Positions 37,157 through 45,715 of a stretch of 64,000 nucleotides of DNA are shown piece by piece. The notes beneath the pieces were generated by a model. It saw only the letters and a list, made by a program, of their open reading frames with translations. It did no database searches and was not told the DNA's origin. The stretch spans positions 2,036 through 66,035 of the forward strand of contig JAEPQP010000002.1 of assembly GCA_017640485.1 (NCBI GenBank). The letters are read 5' to 3'. Made by a program: the position numbers and the translations under genes. This stretch comes from Phycisphaerales bacterium (lineage in GTDB: Bacteria; Planctomycetota; Phycisphaerae; Phycisphaerales; UBA1924). Within the stretch, counting starts at the first letter, position 1. Each line of letters opens with the position of its first letter.

Positions 37157-38014
37157 TTATCGGTTTGGGGAGAGCAATTCGGCGAGTGCGTGTCCTGGGT
37201 TGGGGGTGGCCATGAGGTGTTGTCCGATGAGGGCGATGTTGAGTCCTGCGGCCTTGAGGGTTTGGAGGTCTTCTCGGGTGCGGATGCCTGACTCCGTGAC
37301 GAGGGGGATGTGTTCGGGGATGTGTCCCATCAGGTTGATGGAATGGTGGAGGTCGGTGGTCATTTTGGTGAGGTCGCGGTTGTTGATGCCGAGGAGGGTG
37401 GATTTGGGGGGGGCAGACTCGATGATCGGGAGGACGCGGTCGAGGTTGGCGCGGTCGTGGATCTCGAGGAGGGTGGTCATGTGGAGATTGCTGATTTGTG
37501 CGATGAAGTCGGTGATCTGGGTGTCTGAGAGGCACTCGGCGATCAGGAGGACGGCGTCGGCGTTGAGGGCGCGGGCTTGGGTGATCTGGTAGGGGTCGAT
37601 GATGAAGTCTTTGCGGAGGACGGGGAGGGGGACCTGTTGTTTGATTTGGTTGATGAAGGCGGGGTGGCCTCCGAAGAATTTTTGGTCGGTGAGGCAGGAA
37701 ATGGCCGATGCGCCTGCATCGGAGTACCCTTGCGCAATGGATGCTGGATCGAACTCATTTTGGTCATACTCAGGTCGGATCAGGCCTGCGCTTGGGCTGC
37801 GCCTTTTGACCTCGGCGATGACGGACATGGTCTCGTGGCGCGGGTGCTCGACGACGGACGCGAAGAAGTCGCGCGGGGGTTCGGTGTCTTTGCACTGTGA
37901 CTCGAGCTGCGACATTGGGGTGGACGCGATCTCGGCTTCGACTTCTGATCGCTTGAAGTCGATGATCTCGGAGAGGACGGCTGGGATTTCGGGCTTGGGG
38001 GGTGGCTGGGTCAT
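37157..38014 (-). CDS. trpC: indole-3-glycerol phosphate synthase
   Basis: VIAEVKRRSPS, LRKDFIIDPYQ, AVLLIA and LLGINNRDL are IGPS motifs. Confidence 0.9.
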   Translation of the reverse strand: MTQPPPKPEIPAVLSEIIDFKRSEVEAEIASTPMSQLESQCKDTEPPRDFFASVVEHPRHETMSVIAEVKRRSPSAGLIRPEYDQNEFDPASIAQGYSDAGASAISCLTDQKFFGGHPAFINQIKQQVPLPVLRKDFIIDPYQITQARALNADAVLLIAECLSDTQITDFIAQISNLHMTTLLEIHDRANLDRVLPIIESAPPKSTLLGINNRDLTKMTTDLHHSINLMGHIPEHIPLVTESGIRTREDLQTLKAAGLNIALIGQHLMATPNPGHALAELLSPNR

Positions 38015-38993
38015 GTGGTTGATTATTGGGGTGGTGTTGGCGGGAGTCGCGCCTGAAGCGCTTGGGCAGGTGGTGGATTCTGGTGGGATGCAGGATCAGA
38101 GCGTGGGGGATCTGGTTGATAAACTAAGAAAGTGGGAACTCGCGATTCTTGGGGTGTCGTTTCTTTTGGTCATCGCGCTGTTGTTTGCGGGTGGGTTGCT
38201 GCGTCCCGGCGGGTTCGCGAAGGCGGGGCTGCGGGATATCTCGACGCTGCCGAGCGTGATCTGGCTGTTTGCGATCATGATGGTGTTTCTCGCGATGTTC
38301 GCGGCTCCGGAGACGATCAAGCACATCAGCTGGATTCATGAACAAGAGTTCGACGAGACGCAGATGCTCGCGATCAACACGGTGGGGATGTATCTGTTCG
38401 GGATCATCGCGGGGCTGGGGATGCTGTTTGTGCTCAAGCGGAGCACGATCGTTGAGGGCGAGAGCAAGAGCGGGCTTGGGCTGAGTTTCTTGGATCTCCC
38501 GGTCGGGCTCGGGTGTTTCATGCTCGCGTTCCCGTTTATTCAGTTGATGAATCTTCTGGGTGTGTTCGCGTACTCGCAGACGCAGGGGGAGTCACCTAAC
38601 GGGATGGGGCACGGGACGCTGCAGATGCTGGTGGATCAGCCTGAGAATGGGTGGGTGTGGGCGATTGTCGCGTCGGCGGTGATCGGGGCGCCGTTTGTTG
38701 AGGAGTTGATCTATCGCGTGTTCTTGCAGGGGGCGTTGATCAAGTGGCTCAAGAGTCCTTGGCTTGCGATTATCTTCGGTTCGATCATCTTTGCGGGGAT
38801 GCATCGGATTGGCGGAACGGTGCCTTGGCATGCGTTGCTCCCGATCTTTGCGGTGGGGATGTCGTGCGGGATTGCGTACGAGCGGACTAAGCGGGTGGGT
38901 GTGCCAATCATGATGCACATGTGCTTCAACTTGTACAATGTGGTGTTGGCGTTGATCATCAATGCGAATGCATCACAGACCGGCGTGCTCTGA
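38013..38993 (+). CDS. CPBP family intramembrane glutamic endopeptidase (CAAX protease/Abi-like)
   Basis: GAPFVEELIYRVFLQG (EExxxR), FAGMHR and HMCFNLYN are CPBP motifs 1-3. ATG 38013 overlaps the trpC start codon, so 38088 is a plausible alternative start. Confidence 0.8.
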   Translation: MWLIIGVVLAGVAPEALGQVVDSGGMQDQSVGDLVDKLRKWELAILGVSFLLVIALLFAGGLLRPGGFAKAGLRDISTLPSVIWLFAIMMVFLAMFAAPETIKHISWIHEQEFDETQMLAINTVGMYLFGIIAGLGMLFVLKRSTIVEGESKSGLGLSFLDLPVGLGCFMLAFPFIQLMNLLGVFAYSQTQGESPNGMGHGTLQMLVDQPENGWVWAIVASAVIGAPFVEELIYRVFLQGALIKWLKSPWLAIIFGSIIFAGMHRIGGTVPWHALLPIFAVGMSCGIAYERTKRVGVPIMMHMCFNLYNVVLALIINANASQTGVL

Positions 38994-39047
38994 GGCACGC
39001 GGTCTGGTGTGATTCTGATGCGGGTGGGTGTTGGATCCGGTGGTGGG

Positions 39048-39731
39048 TTACGGGCAACCGTTGGCGAACGCAGCGAGGAATGCGGAGACATCGAAGAAGT
39101 CGATGAAGCCGTCGACATTGATGTCTGCGGTGAGGTCGTTGTTGCTGACGAGTGTGAGGAATGCGGAGATGTCGAAGAAGTCGAGTTGGCCGTCGCCGTT
39201 GTAGTCGGGTTGGCAGGCGGTGGAGAAGTAGAACCCGGGGGCGAGGGTGATGAGGTAGTCGCCGAACTGTGATTGTGGGTGGTTTGAGTATGAGCTGACG
39301 ACGAGTGTGTAGACCTGTGTTGTGTCGACGACTGCTTCTGCGAAGATCAAGGCGTTTGGGTATCCGTTGGAGTCGTCGTCGATGTCGATGAGGTTGGTGA
39401 GTGGTTGGTTGGGGTCGAGGACGCCGCAGTAGACTGCTGCCATGGGGTCGAAGTCGATTGGTGTGGGTTCGAGTGAGTCGATGGCTGCGTCGAAGAAGGT
39501 GGCGTCGATGTTGGCACGGATGTAGTAGACATCGTAGTGGACGGAGTCGTTGAGTGAGTCGGCGGCGGGGGTGTTGCAGTTGCCGTCGGGCATGGTGCCT
39601 GTTGGGTTTGGGCGGTTCCAGGTGGGGTCGGTGTTGGTGATGGTTCCGACGGTTTGTCCGCCTCCGGCGAGTGTGGTGGAAGCGAGGAGGATCGTCGGGG
39701 CGAGGAGGGATGTGATCGATCGCGTGTTCAT
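39048..39731 (-). CDS. secreted protein with GC-type dockerin-like C-terminal anchor
   Basis: Signal peptide MNTRSITSLLAPTILLASTTLAG. The C-terminus CQPDYNGDGQLDFFDISAFL...DINVDGFIDFFDVSAFLAAFANGCP has two EF-hand/dockerin-like repeats and ends in GC(P). Confidence 0.65.
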   Translation of the reverse strand: MNTRSITSLLAPTILLASTTLAGGGQTVGTITNTDPTWNRPNPTGTMPDGNCNTPAADSLNDSVHYDVYYIRANIDATFFDAAIDSLEPTPIDFDPMAAVYCGVLDPNQPLTNLIDIDDDSNGYPNALIFAEAVVDTTQVYTLVVSSYSNHPQSQFGDYLITLAPGFYFSTACQPDYNGDGQLDFFDISAFLTLVSNNDLTADINVDGFIDFFDVSAFLAAFANGCP

Positions 39732-39780
39732 CGTGTGCTTTCTAGTTGAGGAGCTGATTTTTTAGTGTGCGGACATGCGA

Positions 39781-40305
39781 TCAGTTTGGTGATGGGAAGA
39801 TGCCTGTGAGTGCTATGACGAAGTTGACGGCTTGGTAGGGCTGCATGTTTTGGTGTGCTTGTCCTGAGCCGGCGTTTGCTGAGGAGACGCTTCCGAGGGT
39901 GGTGTCGGTTGCTTGGGTGGTGTATCCGCCGTTACTTGATTTGGCGAGTGCGTTTGAGCCCGGTAGTGCGGAGTCGCCTTCTGCGGAGGAAGTCTGGATG
40001 GTGACGGGGTGATTGTGCGGGGGGAGGTGGGCGAGGGAGAGTGTTGTGGATTCTTCGCCTGCTTTTTGTCCAATTGGTCTGTTGGTGAGACCCGGTCCGT
40101 TGCCGGCGTGTAGGGGGACTCTTCCTCGGAGATCTGGGAGTCCGAAGGTGGTTTCGCCATCGCCGCCGTATTGGGTTCCAAGGAGTGAGAAGAGGGCTTG
40201 GTTCTGGCTGATTGGGAGGAGTTGTCCGTCGCATTTGGCCCAGCCTCTGGGCGCGTAGTTGAAGCCGACCATTTTGATTTCGCCGATGAATGGTTCGAAT
40301 CCCAT
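39781..40305 (-). CDS. phage tail collar domain protein (microcystin-dependent protein MdpB-like)
   Basis: MGFEPFIGEIKMVGFNYAPRGWAKCDGQLLPISQNQALFSLLGTQYGGDGETTFGLPDLRGRVP is the canonical Tail_Collar domain. AGGAGA lies upstream of ATG 40305. Confidence 0.8.
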   Translation of the reverse strand: MGFEPFIGEIKMVGFNYAPRGWAKCDGQLLPISQNQALFSLLGTQYGGDGETTFGLPDLRGRVPLHAGNGPGLTNRPIGQKAGEESTTLSLAHLPPHNHPVTIQTSSAEGDSALPGSNALAKSSNGGYTTQATDTTLGSVSSANAGSGQAHQNMQPYQAVNFVIALTGIFPSPN

Positions 40306-40307
40306 GA

Positions 40308-41009
40308 TTATTCTCCTGGGTTGTATGTGATGATGATGCTGAGGTAGACGCAGTGAGTTGAGGCGGCTCTCAGTGGGTTGGTGAGGTGGGTGATTTCGTG
40401 TGTGTCGTTGGAGTGCGCGGTGGTGAGGCGCCATGCCGCGTTTGAGGCGTGGTGGGCGGTGGGGACCGCGAGGAGGTAGGTTGCGGGCTGGGAGCTGTCG
40501 AGGGTGATGGTGCTGTGCTGGGTGGAACTGGAGTGTTGTTGGGTGATGCGAAGAGTGGTGCGGGCTTTGGAGTCACGGGGTGCTTTGGTGACGGTGGTGG
40601 AAGCGAAGTCGGGGAGGGCGGTTCCTGGGATGTCTTTGTTGTGGGCGTGGAGGAGGGTGGTGTAGAGGTTGGGGACCGGGTGGAAGGCTTCGATGGTCAG
40701 CGATGCGTTGCGGGCGAGTCGCGAGGAGATGCACGAGAGGGGAGTGATGGTGAGGGTGGGATTGCTGATGCGGGCGCGGGGGGACGGGGATGGGTTGGGG
40801 CAGCAGCGGAGGCGTTTTGTCGTGGGGTTGGTCGGGTTGGGGAGGACGGCGGCGAGCGATGGAGCGGGCAGGGCGGCTGCAGGTAGATGTGAGGAGGTTG
40901 GAGTGGTCGAGGCGAGGGTGTTGGGTGAGATTGTCGCGGTCGCGGCGGCCGCGGTTGAGAGGGCGACGAACTGGCGGCGGGAGATGTTGGTGAGGGGGGG
41001 TGTGTTCAT
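40308..41009 (-). CDS. Tat-signal hypothetical protein
   Basis: MNTPPLTNISRRQFVALSTAAAATATI is twin-arginine-like. AAGGAG lies 7 nt upstream of ATG 41009. The stop is 3 nt before the tail-collar gene start. T/S/P-rich with no family match. Confidence 0.5.
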   Translation of the reverse strand: MNTPPLTNISRRQFVALSTAAAATATISPNTLASTTPTSSHLPAAALPAPSLAAVLPNPTNPTTKRLRCCPNPSPSPRARISNPTLTITPLSCISSRLARNASLTIEAFHPVPNLYTTLLHAHNKDIPGTALPDFASTTVTKAPRDSKARTTLRITQQHSSSTQHSTITLDSSQPATYLLAVPTAHHASNAAWRLTTAHSNDTHEITHLTNPLRAASTHCVYLSIIITYNPGE

Positions 41010-41150
41010 CGTCGGCTCCTTGGGCAACTCGATGAGCTGCTCTACCGAGACAGTGTACCAGTAAGCTTGGGGTTGCCGAAGCGAATTGTGTGGGGATGGG
41101 GGAATTGATTTTTGCTCGGATTGGCCTTCTTTGGGCTACGATCGTGGTCT

Positions 41151-42245
41151 ATGAGTGACTCAACAGCAAATGGAACGGGCGAGGCGCGACCACGGATTTT
41201 GACGGGTGATACTCCGACGGGGCAGTTGCATCTGGGGCACTGGGTGGGTTCGCTTGAGAACCGGGTGGCGCTGCAGGACTCCTATGAGTGTTTCTTCCTG
41301 ATCGCGAACATGCACGCGTTTACGACGCGGGCGGATAAGCCTGACGAGATCCGTCGGAGCACAATTGATATTGTGAAGGACTGGATCGCGTGCGGGATTG
41401 ATCCGGAGAAGTCGACCTTTGTGTTGCAGACGGAGATTCCGGGGATCGCGGAGTTGAGCTGGTATCTCGCGATGCTGCTGCCTTTCAATCGGGTGATGCG
41501 GAACCCGACGCTCAAGAGCGAGTTGGAGGATAAGGGGCTGGGGGATAACTACAGCTTTGGATTCCCGATGTATTCGGTGGGTCAGTGTGCGGATATTCTG
41601 CTGTTCCGTCCTGAGCTTGTGCCTGTTGGGGAGGATCAGCTGGCGCATATTGAGCCTTGTAGAGAAGTGGCGCGGCGGTTCAATCAAATCTACTGCGGCG
41701 TGAATCCGCACACTGAGGACGAGGACTATGTGAAGGAGGGTGGGCTGTTCCCGATCCCGGAGGGGAAGGTCGGTCGCGTCGCGCGATTGGTGGGGACGGA
41801 CGGGAAGCACAAGATGTCCAAGTCGCTCAACAACGCGATTTTCTTGACGGATACCTTTAAGCAGATCAAGAAGAAAATGGGCGGGCTGTTTACGGGTCGG
41901 ACGGCGATGGATGAGCCTGGGGATATCAACAACTCGTTGTTTGAGTATGTGCATGCGTTTATCCGCGATGACGAGCGGATCAAGGAGCTCGAGGAGGCGT
42001 ATAGCACAGGGGACAACATCGGGGACGGGCACATCAAGGTGGAGGTCGCGGAGCATATCGATAAGCTCTTAGAGCCGATGCGTGAGCGGCGGGCGGCGTA
42101 CGAGGGGGACGCGGGGGACGCGAAGGTTTTGGAGTTGTTGTATGAACATACCAAACAAGCGAATAACGCGGCGGAAGAGACGCTTTACCTTGCCAAGGAA
42201 GCGATGAAGATTGATTTTGGGAAGCGGTCGTTGGTGTTTGCGTAA
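41151..42245 (+). CDS. trpS: tryptophan--tRNA ligase
   Basis: TGDTPTGQLHLGHWVG (HIGH) and KMSKSLNN (KMSKS). ATG 41151. Confidence 0.92.
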   Translation: MSDSTANGTGEARPRILTGDTPTGQLHLGHWVGSLENRVALQDSYECFFLIANMHAFTTRADKPDEIRRSTIDIVKDWIACGIDPEKSTFVLQTEIPGIAELSWYLAMLLPFNRVMRNPTLKSELEDKGLGDNYSFGFPMYSVGQCADILLFRPELVPVGEDQLAHIEPCREVARRFNQIYCGVNPHTEDEDYVKEGGLFPIPEGKVGRVARLVGTDGKHKMSKSLNNAIFLTDTFKQIKKKMGGLFTGRTAMDEPGDINNSLFEYVHAFIRDDERIKELEEAYSTGDNIGDGHIKVEVAEHIDKLLEPMRERRAAYEGDAGDAKVLELLYEHTKQANNAAEETLYLAKEAMKIDFGKRSLVFA

Positions 42246-42315
42246 TGGAGAATATGGGGTAGTGCATGAGCAGCCGATAAATCGCGTTGAGGGTGGGGGG
42301 CTGAGGAAGCCTCGG

Positions 42316-42804
42316 ATGATTGTGCCTCGCGTGTGCGTGGGGTTGATCCTCGCGATGTGGGTCGCGGCGGGGCTGTCGAAGGTGCGGGACATCTCGGACT
42401 TTGTGAACACGGTGGAGCAGCATGATGTGCTGCCTCAGGAGTTGTTCGGGTTGATGTGGTGGGTTGGTCCTGGGGAGTTGGTGCTGGGGCTGATGCTGGT
42501 GTTTGTGATGGGGTCGGAGCTGACAAAGTTCTTTGGGCGCTTCGTGCTCGTGATCTCGATGAGCGCGATCATCGCGTTTAGTTATTATCTGACGCTGGTG
42601 GATGACGCGGTGCTGCTCGCGACGGGGTGCGGGTGTCTGAAAGCGATTGATCGGATCCATACGGGGATCGACGGGGATGTGCGGACGATCCGGATGGTGA
42701 TTAATGGGACGCTGGTATTGTTGCATGTAATCGCGTTGCTCGGTCCCGGCTCGATCATGCGGGCGCACCGGAAGAAGGTGGCGGCTTTGGAGGCGGCTGA
42801 GTAG
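42316..42804 (+). CDS. MauE/DoxX-like membrane protein
   Basis: ATG 42316 after GAGGAAG. LSKVRDISDFVNTVEQHDVLPQ, four TM helices and a GCGC motif are typical of MauE-family proteins. Confidence 0.55.
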   Translation: MIVPRVCVGLILAMWVAAGLSKVRDISDFVNTVEQHDVLPQELFGLMWWVGPGELVLGLMLVFVMGSELTKFFGRFVLVISMSAIIAFSYYLTLVDDAVLLATGCGCLKAIDRIHTGIDGDVRTIRMVINGTLVLLHVIALLGPGSIMRAHRKKVAALEAAE

Positions 42805-42849
42805 TCGCTTGACGAAAGAATTGGACAGGCGGCGGGGGTACGCTTGGGG

Positions 42850-43806
42850 ATGGACGATCAGCAACACAACGGCGGACTGGGCGGAACATCTGACGGTGAC
42901 TCGGGCGGGGAATCGTGCGAGAGTGTGTTTCTTGATGGGCAGATGATGACGCGGGAGGAGGCAAAGCTTTCTGCGTTTGATGCCGCGTTCCAGCACGGGG
43001 TTGGGCTGTTTGAGACGATGCACGGGTACGCGACTCCGGACGGGGTGGTTGTTGAGGATCTGGACGAGCACATGGATCGGCTGCAGGAATCCGCGGCGAT
43101 GCTCGGGTTGAGTGATGATCTGAAAACCGGGGCGCTCGGTGAAGCGGTGGTGGAGACTGTTCGTCGCGCTCGGTACAAGAACACGCGCGTTCGCCTGACG
43201 GTGACGGGCGGGGATCTGAACATGCTGCAACTCGGTGGGCAGGGTGGTCATCGTCCGACGGTGTTGATTCAGGCGCATCCTTCGACGGAGTATCCGGACG
43301 AGATGTTCGAGAACGGGGTGATGGCGACGATCGCGGAGGCTCGCGCCAATCCGCTTGATCCAACGGCGGGGCACAAGACTTTGAACTACTGGTGGCGGCT
43401 GCGCGAGCTGCAGAGTGCGGCGGCGAAGGGCGCGGGGGAGTCGATCGTGCTGCAGGTGAGCAATCACTTGTGCGGCGGGTGTGTGTCGAATCTGTTTGTG
43501 GTCAGCGAGGGGAAGCTGATTACGCCCATCGCGCGGGGTGAGGAGAGCGGGGAGGCGCATGCGCTTCCGAGTCCGGTGTTGCCTGGGATTACCAGGTCGC
43601 GGGTGCTGGAGGTTGCGAGGGAGATGGGGCTGGGGGTCGAGGTTCGGATGATGACGATCGATGATCTGCTCGATGCGGACGAGGTGTTTTTGACGAACTC
43701 GAGTTGGAAGGTGCTGCCTGTGGTGAAGGTGGAGGCGGAGGTGATCGGGAGTGGGTCGCCTGGGATGGTGACGGGGGAGATTCGGTTTGGGGTGGTTGGT
43801 GCTTAA
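42850..43806 (+). CDS. pabC: class IV aminotransferase fold protein, aminodeoxychorismate lyase-like
   Basis: FQHGVGLFETM, HKTLNYW, SNLFVV, LPGITR and EVFLTNSSWKVLPV match the PLP fold-type IV pattern. The pabC versus ilvE assignment is inferred. Confidence 0.7.
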   Translation: MDDQQHNGGLGGTSDGDSGGESCESVFLDGQMMTREEAKLSAFDAAFQHGVGLFETMHGYATPDGVVVEDLDEHMDRLQESAAMLGLSDDLKTGALGEAVVETVRRARYKNTRVRLTVTGGDLNMLQLGGQGGHRPTVLIQAHPSTEYPDEMFENGVMATIAEARANPLDPTAGHKTLNYWWRLRELQSAAAKGAGESIVLQVSNHLCGGCVSNLFVVSEGKLITPIARGEESGEAHALPSPVLPGITRSRVLEVAREMGLGVEVRMMTIDDLLDADEVFLTNSSWKVLPVVKVEAEVIGSGSPGMVTGEIRFGVVGA

Positions 43807-44249
43807 GCCCCCATCATGATTGCTATTGTGATGAACAGGAAAATCAGATATACGAACGCTGATGCGAGAGTGACGCTGAGCAGGATAGCGATTGTCCCAC
43901 TGACATCTCTGAATTGAGAATCGGGTTTCTTGTATCGAATCGTGATCCAGAAAGCTAATGGAACCCATACGAGTGGGGCGATGATAACGACTCTCAAAAA
44001 CAGTTGAGCAAATTTGGATGCGACTTCCCGATCCAGAACACTGAACAGAAGTATCGCAGTTAGCGGCACAACTACGGCGGGGATACCGATAAGCCCAACT
44101 GCAAAGTTAAAGGCGTATTTGAGTGATTGTTTAGTCCTAGTAGATGGTACGACAGCATTACCACATTCAGGGCATGTGACGGTGTCTTCTTTGACAATGC
44201 CAGAGAGTTCGTAGGCGCAGTTGGGGCAGGTTGGTTTGGGGTCGGTCAC
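43803..44249 (-). CDS. membrane protein with N-terminal zinc ribbon (CPNCAYEL...CPECG)
   Basis: MTDPKPTCPNCAYELSGIVKEDTVTCPECGNAV, then 3-4 TM helices. Two hand-counted lines are 30/60 G+C, below the neighbours. Confidence 0.55.
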   Translation of the reverse strand: MTDPKPTCPNCAYELSGIVKEDTVTCPECGNAVVPSTRTKQSLKYAFNFAVGLIGIPAVVVPLTAILLFSVLDREVASKFAQLFLRVVIIAPLVWVPLAFWITIRYKKPDSQFRDVSGTIAILLSVTLASAFVYLIFLFITIAIMMGA

Positions 44250-44318
44250 TGGATGATTCTACAGGATCGGTAGACACGGCTTGCCGAGGACGGTCAAGCC
44301 GTGACACCCGATGGTTCT

Positions 44319-44585
44319 CTATTCATCGGGGCTGATGACTTTGACATTGTGTCGTCCGTCGAGGGGGCCGTTGGGGGCGTGGGCTTTGGTGAAGAGTGAT
44401 TTGATTTTGAGGATGATGTAGAAGACGAGGCCGAGGATGAGGGCGAGGAGGATGAGGGGGATCGCGATGATGAGCGAGAGGACGGCGAAGAGGATCACGG
44501 CGAAGAAGAGGAGCAGGCGTTTGAGTGGGCCTGCTTGTCCGATGCGGACGGTGGTGGTGGTTGAGGTGGCGTTGAGGTGTTCCAT
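44319..44585 (-). CDS. small hypothetical membrane protein (88 aa)
   Basis: Single long hydrophobic stretch LLLFFAVILFAVLSLIIAIPLILLALILGLVFYIIL. No family match. Confidence 0.4.
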   Translation of the reverse strand: MEHLNATSTTTTVRIGQAGPLKRLLLFFAVILFAVLSLIIAIPLILLALILGLVFYIILKIKSLFTKAHAPNGPLDGRHNVKVISPDE

Positions 44586-44651
44586 CGGATGATTGTAGGG
44601 ATGTTGTGGTGAGGGCTTTCAGGGGGCGGGTTGGTGTTGGTTTGGCGCGTG

Positions 44652-44682
44652 AAAAAACCCGCTGCCTGGGCGGGCAGCGGGT
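44652..44682 (-). terminator. rho-independent terminator after PEP-CTERM gene 44740..45456
   Basis: On the minus strand: ACCCGCTGCC-cgccca-GGCAGCGGGT followed by TTTTTC. Confidence 0.65.
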
Positions 44683-44739
44683 CTGCGGGGAGAGTTTGGA
44701 GAACAGTCTCGGTGGAGAATGTCTTTGGAGTCGGCAGGA

Positions 44740-45456
44740 TTAGCTGCGGCGACGGCGGGTCGCTGCGAGTCCGCCTATTCCGAGGAGCGCGAGAGCGCCT
44801 GGGGTTGGGACATAGACGAGCTGATCTTGGTAGGTTGCGTTCGCGAGACCGACGACCCCACCGAATGAGCCCTCGCCGTTGGCGAGCGCGGTCATGAGAC
44901 CTGAGGTGATGTTTGAGAGCTCTGCGAGGATACCTGCATCCAGCGCGCCTCCGCCGACAGCGGTTGCTTGGATGTATCCAGCGTCAAGGTCGATGGATGC
45001 GACGGTGCCGTCGAAGTCGTCGACGATTTCGTAGATCACGAGTTGGAACGCTGCGGCGTATTCATCGGAGAGTGATCCGGCTTCGAGCGTTGATGATGCG
45101 GATGAGTAGAGTGCACGGATCGCGTCGGCTTTGACCATGCCCATTGGCATGATGCCTGGTGCGTCTGGCATGTCTTCGATTGGCGAGGTGTAGTACTCGA
45201 CTGCTGCGGCACCGCTGACGACTTGGGTGATGTCCACGCAGAAGGTGTAGTGGATGCCGTTGAGTGCTGCGTCGGCACCCATGGCGTTGCTGATTTCGTG
45301 CTCGAGTTCGCCGACGAAGATGTCGCGGCTGTCTGCGCCTTCAATGAGGTTGACTTCGAGTCCTGCACCTGCACTCAGGTACTGAAGGTCGAGGACCCCT
45401 GCGGACGCGGCGGATGCGATTGCGAGTGCCGAGATGGCGATGGTCATGTTTTTCAT
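44740..45456 (-). CDS. PEP-CTERM sorting-domain surface protein (family A)
   Basis: ATG 45456 (GGGAGA upstream), signal peptide MKNMTIAISALAIASAASAG, and tail VPTPGALALLGIGGLAATRRRRS. Confidence 0.8.
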   Translation of the reverse strand: MKNMTIAISALAIASAASAGVLDLQYLSAGAGLEVNLIEGADSRDIFVGELEHEISNAMGADAALNGIHYTFCVDITQVVSGAAAVEYYTSPIEDMPDAPGIMPMGMVKADAIRALYSSASSTLEAGSLSDEYAAAFQLVIYEIVDDFDGTVASIDLDAGYIQATAVGGGALDAGILAELSNITSGLMTALANGEGSFGGVVGLANATYQDQLVYVPTPGALALLGIGGLAATRRRRS

Positions 45457-45662
45457 TTTGGATTCTCCCGTAAACTTCTCTCTAGGAGGGATTTGCGCAT
45501 GCGTACACAAGCATGCGAAACTGGGGTGTGAGACCCGGTCCCATGGATATAAAGTACCCCGGAATTTCCGTTTGTACAGAAAATTCAGGTATAAACGATT
45601 GAAACATATAGACTTATGGCAAAAATTGGGTTGTTATGGGGCCTAACGGGTCCGATTCGATG

Positions 45663-45686
45663 AAAAACCCCCGATATGCGGGGGTT
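45663..45686 (-). terminator. rho-independent terminator after 45716..46459
   Basis: On the minus strand: AACCCCCG-catat-CGGGGGTT followed by TTTCA (run of 5 T including stem end). Confidence 0.65.
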
Positions 45687-45715
45687 GTGGGGGAGTTGGG
45701 GATGTGCTGGATGCT

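Noticed and set aside
44275-44303. 9-bp hairpin CACGGCTTG-n11-CAAGCCGTG between two minus-strand small genes
   Set aside because: There is no U-tract on either strand, so it is not called as a terminator. It may be an mRNA stability element or chance.
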